This document shows, one piece after another, positions 58,009-64,000 of a DNA stretch of 64,000 bases. The position numbers were made by a program, and so were the translations under genes. Source of the DNA: Myxococcota bacterium (GTDB lineage Bacteria; Myxococcota_A; UBA9160; SZUA-336); NCBI GenBank assembly GCA_040902485.1, contig JBBDXF010000017.1:75216-139215 (forward strand), read 5' to 3'. Under the pieces are notes generated by a model that worked only from the letters and a program-made list of their open reading frames with translations, ran no database searches and was not told the origin of the DNA. The stretch's first letter is position 1. Every line of letters starts with the position of its first letter.

Positions 58009-58238
58009 TCAGCTGGAACGCGCGGCGAGGATCGCCTTGACCAGGGCTTCGGGCAGGGGCTCGGCGTTCTCCTCGCAGACGAGCTTCCCGAGCGCGAGCG
58101 TCTTGCGGTAGCTCTCCAAGAACGTGAGGCAGGGTGGGCACAGCTCGAGGTGCCCCTCGAACACGCGCTGTTGAGTGGCCGGCAGATCGCCCGCCAGGTA
58201 GTCGTGCAGGAAGTCGGTGCATTCGCGGCAGTTCACGT
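58009..58238 (-). CDS. zinc-binding anti-sigma factor (ZAS-type)
   Basis: VNCRECTDFLHDYLAGDLPATQQRVFEGHLELCPPCLTFLESYRKT carries the HxxxCxxC motif. The GTG start overlaps the sigma gene stop. Confidence 0.65.
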
Positions 58239-58853
58239 CGCTCCTCGTTCGCGCATGTGCGGGTCGAGCAGGGTGCGCAGCGCCAGTCGCGCACGGTGTA
58301 GACGGATCTTCGCGGCGTTCGGTGTCACACCGAGCAGCTCGGCGGTCTCCTTGGTGTCGAGGCCTTCGATGTCGCGCAGCAGCAGGACCGTGCGGTAGTC
58401 GCCGGGGAGCTCGTCGATCAGACCGCGCACCAGCTCGCGCGTCTCGCGGCGCTCGAGCGCGTCGAGCGGCGCGGGGCTGCGCCACTCGCGCGGCTCGTCG
58501 ATGTGCTCGCCGCCGTCCACGAACTTGGGCAGCAGCTCGTCGATCGAGACCTCGGGCCGGCGCGTGCGGTTGCGCAGGCGCATGAGCGACGCGTTCACGA
58601 CGATGCGGTGCAGCCAGGTGGAGAGCTTCGCGCCGCCCTCGAAGTTGCCGATCGCGCGGAACGCGGAGATGAACGCCTCCTGGACCGCGTCGGCCGCGTC
58701 GTCGTCGCTGCGCAAGAGCCGGCGCGCGACCGCGAGCATGCGCGGACCCTGCGCGCGCACGAGCTCGGCAAAAGCGGAGGCCTCGCGCGCCTGCAGCCGC
58801 GCGACGAGCTCGCTCTCGCCGTAGTCGTGGCTCGCGCCGTCTTGCTCCGCCAT
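58233..58853 (-). CDS. ECF (sigma-70 family) RNA polymerase sigma factor
   Basis: Region 2 (DAADAVQEAFISAFRAIGNF) and region 4 (DYRTVLLLRDIEGLDTKETAELLGVTPNAAKIRLHRAR). Confidence 0.85.
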   Translation of the reverse strand: MAEQDGASHDYGESELVARLQAREASAFAELVRAQGPRMLAVARRLLRSDDDAADAVQEAFISAFRAIGNFEGGAKLSTWLHRIVVNASLMRLRNRTRRPEVSIDELLPKFVDGGEHIDEPREWRSPAPLDALERRETRELVRGLIDELPGDYRTVLLLRDIEGLDTKETAELLGVTPNAAKIRLHRARLALRTLLDPHMRERGAT

Positions 58854-58935
58854 CGCTCTCCAAACCTAACACAGCGCCGACAGCGCCGCGCTTCGCCTTG
58901 AAACGCGTGCGAGCCAGGGCGAGACTCGCCCGCCG

Positions 58936-59886
58936 ATGCGTCGCGCGCTTCTCCTGGCCGTGTGTTTTTTCGCCTGCTCGAAGTCCGGGGCGCCGCCCTA
59001 CGGCTTCGCCACGTCGCCCGAACAGCGCTGGCGTTTCGAGGCGGAGGAGACCTACGACGTTTCGGGCACGCCCGCGCAGAGCGTGCGGCTGGCCAACGTG
59101 ATCCTGCGCGCCAAGCCCGAGCCGGACGGTACGACCGAGGTCGAGCTCTTCATCGATCGCTACGCCGCGCGCACCGAGGGCACGCCCGACGGCGGCAGCG
59201 AGCTGTCGATCTCGGAGCAGGGCTTCTGGGTGCAGACCAAGGAGACCGGCCGCGTCGGCTTCGGTCCCGACGAGAAGACACTGGCCGGTGACACCCCGCT
59301 CGAGATGCGCAAGCGGGCGGTGGCCTCGGCGAGCCTCGACACGAACGGGGACGTGCTCGCGCCGATCTGGCAGAGCCCGAGCCCGGTGTTGATCGACGTG
59401 GCGCTGCTCGACTGGCTGATCTTCGCGCTGCCCACGCGCGCGCCGCTCGGCGAGCGCGCCTGGGTCGCGCGGCGCACGATCCCGCAGACCGGGCGCTTCA
59501 ATCTGGGCGTCGACCTGCCGGTGCGCTGGGAGTTGGATCCGGACAAGCCCGACACGGTCCGCGCCAGCGGCTCGGTGACGCGCGAGTCCATGCGTGTCGC
59601 GGATGACCTCGAAGGTCGCCTCGTGCTCGACGTGCGGGGCGAGGCCGAGGTCGAGCCCGACGGCCGCGTGCGCCGGGCGACATTCGAGCTGCGTCTCGAG
59701 CTCGTGTCGCCCGATGGCACGCGCGTCTCGTCCCGACATCGGGTCCGCGCGACCTGCACGAGCTGCGACCCGAGCATCAACTCGCCCGCAGGAAGCTCCG
59801 ATAGCGCGAAAGACCGTGAAGGAATTCCGCAGCAAGGACACTTGGACGATCTTCCGGATCATGGCGGAGTTCGTCGAGGGTTTTGA
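58936..59886 (+). CDS. lipoprotein, unknown function (C-terminal end uncertain)
   Basis: Lipobox LLAVCFFACSKSG. The last ~30 codons overlap the LOG gene in another frame and look low-complexity. Confidence 0.5.
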   Translation: MRRALLLAVCFFACSKSGAPPYGFATSPEQRWRFEAEETYDVSGTPAQSVRLANVILRAKPEPDGTTEVELFIDRYAARTEGTPDGGSELSISEQGFWVQTKETGRVGFGPDEKTLAGDTPLEMRKRAVASASLDTNGDVLAPIWQSPSPVLIDVALLDWLIFALPTRAPLGERAWVARRTIPQTGRFNLGVDLPVRWELDPDKPDTVRASGSVTRESMRVADDLEGRLVLDVRGEAEVEPDGRVRRATFELRLELVSPDGTRVSSRHRVRATCTSCDPSINSPAGSSDSAKDREGIPQQGHLDDLPDHGGVRRGF

Positions 59887-60490
59887 GACGCTCGGGCCGA
59901 TCTGGCCGGCCGTCTCCGTGTTCGGTGGCGCGCGCGCGAAGCCGGACAGCGAGACCTATCGGCTCGGCCGCGAGATCGGCCGCTGCTTGGGCCGCGAGGG
60001 CTTCGCCGTGATCACCGGCGGCGGACCCGGCGCGATGGAAGCCGCCAACCGCGGCGCGCGCGAGGTCGAGGCGCCGTCGATCGGCCTCAACATCAAGCTG
60101 CCCTTCGAGCAGCACGACAACGGCTACGCCGACATCGCCATCCACTTCGACTACTTCTTCGTGCGCAAGGTCATGTTCGTGAAGTACGCCTGTGCGTTCG
60201 TGATGCTGCCCGGCGGCTTCGGCACGCTGGACGAGATGTTCGAGTGCCTGACGCTGAAGCAGACCGGCAAGTGCCGCGACATTCCCGTCATCTTGGTCGG
60301 CAGTGACTACTGGTCGGGCCTGATCCAATGGCTCGAGACGCGTGTGCTCGAGATGGGACTGATCGCGAAGAAGGACATGAAGCTGTTCTCGCTCGTCGAC
60401 TCGAGCGAGGAGGTCTGCCGGCTGGTGAAGGAGGGCTGGCAGACGCTGCAGCAGTCGCCGCCCGAGAGCGCGAGCGGGGTCTCGGGCTAG
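59816..60490 (+). CDS. LOG-family protein (cytokinin riboside 5'-monophosphate phosphoribohydrolase-like, TIGR00730)
   Basis: ...TWTIFRIMAEFVEGFETLGPIWPAVSVFGGAR... and PGGFGTLDE (PGGxGTxxE). Start uncertain: GTG ~59816 or ATG 59861. Confidence 0.75.
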   Translation: MKEFRSKDTWTIFRIMAEFVEGFETLGPIWPAVSVFGGARAKPDSETYRLGREIGRCLGREGFAVITGGGPGAMEAANRGAREVEAPSIGLNIKLPFEQHDNGYADIAIHFDYFFVRKVMFVKYACAFVMLPGGFGTLDEMFECLTLKQTGKCRDIPVILVGSDYWSGLIQWLETRVLEMGLIAKKDMKLFSLVDSSEEVCRLVKEGWQTLQQSPPESASGVSG

Positions 60491-60762
60491 ATCTTCGCGT
60501 ACTCGCGCCCGCAGCTGCGGCAGTGGGCGCGATTGCCGTGCGACGAGAGCAGGGCGCCGCACTCGCACAGGCCCTCGAGCCGGCGCGCGCGGGCCTCGAG
60601 CTCGCTCCAAACGTCCTCGCCGCTCTCGATCCGGTAGTGCTCGCCCTCGCGCACGACCACGGCGCCGGCCACGAGCAGCCGCTCGAGCTCGGGCTCGCCC
60701 TCCTGCGCGACCGTCTGGGAGACGATCTCGCGCGCGCGCCGGGACAGCCATTGGAACTTCAC
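60487..60762 (-). CDS. small protein with C-terminal zinc-ribbon (CxC...CxxC)
   Basis: ...EGEHYRIESGEDVWSELEARARRLEGLCECGALLSSHGNRAHCRSCGREYAKI. The frame is shared with artefact ORF 60487..61188. A GTG start is proposed. Confidence 0.35.
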   Translation of the reverse strand: MKFQWLSRRAREIVSQTVAQEGEPELERLLVAGAVVVREGEHYRIESGEDVWSELEARARRLEGLCECGALLSSHGNRAHCRSCGREYAKI

Positions 60763-60884
60763 GGCGGCGAGCAGAGCAAACGCCGTGCCCGCGGGAGCGC
60801 CCCCGACCCGCGGCGGGGCAGGCCAGGGCAGGGCAGCCGGGCACCTTCGGGCGCCAAACTGGGAAAACTCGTTCCGCCGGCCCG

Positions 60885-61178
60885 CTACTTCAGCGTGAAG
60901 ACCAGGCGGGTCTGGCCGATCTCGATCTCGTCGCCGTGGCCGAGCTCGACCGAGCGCACGCGCTTGCCGTTCACCTTGATGCCGTTGGTGCTCTGCAGGT
61001 CCTCGAGCATGTAGGTCTCGCCGTCGGCCAGGACCACGGAGTGCTCGCGGCTGATGCTCTCGTCGGGCAGCTGCAGGTCGCAGGTCGGCGCCCGTCCGAT
61101 CAGCGTCTCGGCCGAGACGATCTCGAACACCTCGTCCGGCTGTCCGGCCAAACGCACGATGAGCGTTGCTCGCGGCAT
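60885..61178 (-). CDS. FHA-domain protein
   Basis: MPRATLIVRLAGQPDEVFEI...IGRAPTCDLQLPDESISREHSVVLADGETYMLEDLQSTNGIKVNGKRV is a canonical FHA domain. Confidence 0.65.
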   Translation of the reverse strand: MPRATLIVRLAGQPDEVFEIVSAETLIGRAPTCDLQLPDESISREHSVVLADGETYMLEDLQSTNGIKVNGKRVRSVELGHGDEIEIGQTRLVFTLK

Positions 61179-61239
61179 CGCAGCGCAAATCGGCAGCCCC
61201 GCTGGGGCGCTTGAGCGCGCAGCAGGGCGCGCGTCGCGC

Positions 61240-62055
61240 CTACAGGCGGCGGTGTCGCAGCGACGGCAGCCGGCGGCGCACGTCCTCGAGCCGGGCGAAG
61301 TCGAGCTCGGCCACGGCGACACCCTCGCCGTCGGGCACCGTACACAGAACCGTGCCCCACGGATCGGCGATCAGCGCGCGGCCGAACGAGCAGCGCGTGG
61401 CGCTGTGCTCGCCCCACTGCGCCGCGGCGATCACGAAGCACTGGCTCTCGATCGCGCGCGCGCGCAGCAGCACTTCCCAGTGGTCGCGCCCCGTGGGCAC
61501 GGTGAACGCCGCGGGCACGAGCAGCACCGTGGCGCCGCGATCGACCAGCGCGCGGTAGAGCTCGGGGAAGCGCACGTCGTAGCAGACCGAGAGCCCGAGC
61601 GTGCAGTGCGGGAGCTTTGCGACCACCACGTCGCCGCCGGCTGCGACGGTCGCCGACTCGCGCAGCACCGCGCCGGGCAGGTCGACGTCGAACAGGTGGA
61701 TCTTGCGGTACAGCGCGATCAGCTGACCACTGCGGTCGACCACGATCGAGGTGTTGAAGACGCGGGCGTCGCCGGCGATGCGCTCGGGGAAGGTGCCGCC
61801 TGCGAGCACGATCCCGTGCGCCGTCGCCTGCTCGCGCAGGAAGCGCACGACCTCGCCGTTCGGCACGTCCTGCGCGTCGGGGTTCGGGCCGGACGCGGGA
61901 TCGCGGCCCAGCAGCGGGAAGTTCTCGGGCAGCGCCACCAGCTCCGCGCCCAGACCCGCCGCGTGCGCGATCAGCTCGGCCGCGCGCGCCAGGTTGCGCG
62001 CGAGCTCGGGGCCCGACGTCATCTGCACGACCGCGGCGATCATCGGGGTCAGCAT
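61240..62055 (-). CDS. carbon-nitrogen hydrolase family (Nit/omega-amidase-like)
   Basis: Catalytic triad context: LPENF (E), RKIHLF (K), GLSVCYDVRFPE (C). Confidence 0.8.
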   Translation of the reverse strand: MLTPMIAAVVQMTSGPELARNLARAAELIAHAAGLGAELVALPENFPLLGRDPASGPNPDAQDVPNGEVVRFLREQATAHGIVLAGGTFPERIAGDARVFNTSIVVDRSGQLIALYRKIHLFDVDLPGAVLRESATVAAGGDVVVAKLPHCTLGLSVCYDVRFPELYRALVDRGATVLLVPAAFTVPTGRDHWEVLLRARAIESQCFVIAAAQWGEHSATRCSFGRALIADPWGTVLCTVPDGEGVAVAELDFARLEDVRRRLPSLRHRRL

Positions 62056-62085
62056 AGCGCGGGGCTCGCGCGGCGGGCGCTTCGC

Positions 62086-63129
62086 CTAGCGGTAGTCGTC
62101 CGGGTTGATCTGGTTGCGGCGCAGCACGTCGTAGAAGTCCTTGCGGTCCTTCTTGGCGATGCGCGCCGCGCGGCTGATGTTGCCGGCGCAGAGCCGCAGC
62201 ACGCGCGCGACGTAGTCGCGCTCGAACGCGCGCTTGGCGTCCCGGAAGGACGGCAGCTCGTCGCTCGCGGCAGAGCCGAGCGCCAGGTCCTCCGCGTCGA
62301 TCTCCTCGCCGCGCGTGAGCCGCAGCGCCGCGCGCACGCGCTCGAGCAGCTCGCGCTCGTTGCCCGGCCAGTTGTACGCGCGCAGTCGTTCGAGCGCCTC
62401 GCGCGTGAAGCCGCGCGCCTTCGGCGAGCGGCCGAGCTCGCGCTCGATCTCGTCGCTGGCGAGCACGAGCGCGCGCGCGGCCAGCGGCAGGATGTCGTCG
62501 CGTCGATCGCGCAGCGCGGGGATGCGGATCTCGAGCAGGCGCAGCCGCTCGCCGAGCTCGGGATCGAGCTCTCCGCTCTGCACCAGCGCCTCGAGGCTCT
62601 CCGAGCTCGAGCCGATCACGCGGCACTCGAGCGGCAGCGCCGCGCCGCCGCCCACGCGGTGATAGCGCGCGTCGCCGAGCCCGAGCGCCAGTCCGTGCTG
62701 CAGATCCTTGGGCAGCGTCTCGATGCGATCGATCAGCACCGTTCCGCCGGCGGTGCGCGCGAACGCGCCGACCGATTCCGAGGGCAACGAGGGCAGCGCG
62801 CCGCGCTCCGAGCCGAGCAGCTCGCGCGCGAGCAGTGTCTCGGGCACGAGTGAGGCGTCGACCGCGAAGAAGCCGCCCGTCTTCCAGTCACTGGCTTCGT
62901 GCACGAGTCGCGCGATCAGCTCCTTCTCCGAGCCTTCCTCGCCCGAGATGAACACGTGGAAGCGACCGCGCCCGGCCACGGCCACTTGCTCGAGCACCCG
63001 CTGCACGGCGCGGCTCGAGCCGACCAGCCGATCTCCGCGCCGACGTGCAGCGCTGGCGCCACCCACAGCAACCGGACTCGAACTCACGATCGGAGACGTA
63101 GCCTCACCTGCCGGCGCCAAGCCTGACAT
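62086..63129 (-). CDS. sigma-54 activator-like (bEBP AAA+) transcriptional regulator with degenerate ATPase/GAFTGA motifs and C-terminal Fis-type HTH; no receiver domain
   Basis: The central domain aligns to NtrC-type activators, but several motifs are altered. Walker A reads GEEGSEKE (versus GESGTGKE). The GAFTGA position reads GALPSL. Walker B reads VLIDRI (versus FLDEI). YNWPGNEREL is retained. HTH is ISRAARIAKKDRKDFYDVLRR. Confidence 0.7.
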   Translation of the reverse strand: MSGLAPAGEATSPIVSSSPVAVGGASAARRRGDRLVGSSRAVQRVLEQVAVAGRGRFHVFISGEEGSEKELIARLVHEASDWKTGGFFAVDASLVPETLLARELLGSERGALPSLPSESVGAFARTAGGTVLIDRIETLPKDLQHGLALGLGDARYHRVGGGAALPLECRVIGSSSESLEALVQSGELDPELGERLRLLEIRIPALRDRRDDILPLAARALVLASDEIERELGRSPKARGFTREALERLRAYNWPGNERELLERVRAALRLTRGEEIDAEDLALGSAASDELPSFRDAKRAFERDYVARVLRLCAGNISRAARIAKKDRKDFYDVLRRNQINPDDYR

Positions 63130-63239
63130 CGCACCCCCCTTAGCGGCAAGAAGTTCTCCTAGGCTGGCCTGCTGTCAAGGAATTTTTCCGTCGCGGGCAA
63201 GGCTTTGGGCGGCGGAACCCGCGTGGTACGTTGGTCCTC

Positions 63240-64000
63240 GTGGGGAAAGTCCGCGTCCTGCCGTCCGAGCTCGTCAATCAGATCGCCGCCGGCGAGGTGG
63301 TCGAGCGCCCCGCGTCGATCGTGAAGGAGCTGGTCGAGAACGCCCTGGACGCCCAGGCGACACAGATCCGCGTCGCGATTCGGGAGGGCGGGATCGCCTC
63401 GATCGCGGTCAGCGACGACGGCATCGGGCTGAGCCGCGAGGACGCCTTGCTCGCATTTGAACGCCATGCAACGAGCAAGCTCGAGACGGCCGAGGATCTG
63501 GCCCGGGTGACGTCGCTCGGCTTTCGCGGCGAGGCGCTGCCGAGCATCGCCTCGGTTGCGGCGGTGCGCATGCGCACGCGGCGCGCCGGCGACGCGCTCG
63601 GCACCGAGCTCGAGGGCAGCGGCTCCGGCATCGAGCGCAGCGCCCCGGTCGCCTGCGCCGAGGGCACGAGCATGGAGGTGCTCGAGCTGTTCGGGCGCGT
63701 GCCGGCGCGCCGCAAGTTCCTGAAGAGCGCGATCACCGAGGCCTCGCACGTGGTGCGCTGGCTGGAACGGATCGCGCTGGCGCGCCCCGACGTGCGCTTC
63801 GAGCTCGAGCGCGATGGCCGCCAAGCGCTGCTCTGGCTGCCGACGCGCGACGCGCGCGAGCGGGTGATCGCAGTGCTACCGCCGGGCGCGGGCGAGGGGT
63901 TGCTAGCGCTGGACGGCGAGGTCGCCGGCCTGCGCGTGACCGGCTACGTGAGCCCGACCCACGTGCTGCGCAGCGGCCCGTCCGACCTTCACGTGTACGT
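63240..64000 (+). CDS. mutL: DNA mismatch repair protein MutL (N-terminal ATPase domain; partial, continues past window end)
   Basis: VGKVRVLPSELVNQIAAGEVVERPASIVKELVENALDAQAT...SDDGIGLSREDALLAFERHATSKL are GHKL ATPase motifs. No stop occurs before the window end. Confidence 0.85.
   Translation, partial: MGKVRVLPSELVNQIAAGEVVERPASIVKELVENALDAQATQIRVAIREGGIASIAVSDDGIGLSREDALLAFERHATSKLETAEDLARVTSLGFRGEALPSIASVAAVRMRTRRAGDALGTELEGSGSGIERSAPVACAEGTSMEVLELFGRVPARRKFLKSAITEASHVVRWLERIALARPDVRFELERDGRQALLWLPTRDARERVIAVLPPGAGEGLLALDGEVAGLRVTGYVSPTHVLRSGPSDLHVY

Overview
This 64 kb window is a high-GC (~70%) bacterial chromosomal segment. Gene content suggests a proteobacterium or a myxobacterium-like organism. 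Roughly 48 real genes can be supported; the many long Arg/Ala-rich ORFs in the six-frame track are GC artefacts.

Order of features:
- A partial Baeyer-Villiger monooxygenase (minus strand, runs off the window start) and a LamG-domain lipoprotein with a Pro/Thr linker.
- A ten-gene envelope-energizer cluster at 3.3-13 kb, all on the + strand. It holds a DUF3450-like coiled-coil protein, three TPR proteins, a small secreted protein, ExbB, two ExbD paralogues and a TonB-family protein with an unusual ~155-aa N-terminal coiled-coil extension.
- Immediately downstream, a two-gene operon at 13.3-23.2 kb. The first gene encodes a ~1626-aa DUF11-repeat surface protein. The second encodes a 1688-aa protein with three N-terminal OmpA-like peptidoglycan-binding domains followed by a ~1100-aa putative beta-barrel. 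This is the most interesting candidate system in the window. I read the whole 3.3-23.2 kb block as a possible energized, envelope-spanning adhesin or surface-machinery locus, loosely analogous to the Agl-Glt gliding system.
- An SDR oxidoreductase and a frameshifted beta-helix pseudogene.
- A ~2817-aa cyclic beta-1,2-glucan synthase (NdvB/ChvB/Cgs-like), translationally coupled to a tandem-UspA gene.
- A probable degraded genomic island of ~15 kb at 34.8-49.9 kb. It contains decayed ORF remnants, a truncated IS3 element, a CBM48-sugar nucleotidyltransferase fusion, an LplT-like MFS transporter divergent from an ACP-FAAL-PlsC tri-domain gene, NfeD-FloA, and a P-type ATPase. It ends in a pile of gene fragments (phosphoketolase N-terminus, Fe-S protein, tyrosine-integrase C-terminus) abutting tRNA-Arg(CCT).
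- An esterase-modCBA operon with an HTH-TOBE regulator, and a PilZ gene.
- A DUF3047-like gene, then a radical-SAM ArsS-like gene 4-nt coupled to a flavoprotein disulfide reductase.
- An ECF sigma / ZAS anti-sigma pair, a lipoprotein and a LOG-family gene.
- A zinc-ribbon mini-protein, an FHA protein, a C-N hydrolase, and a degenerate sigma-54 activator-like regulator that has lost its Walker B glutamate and the GAFTGA motif.
- The 5' part of mutL.

No rRNA or CRISPR array was seen.
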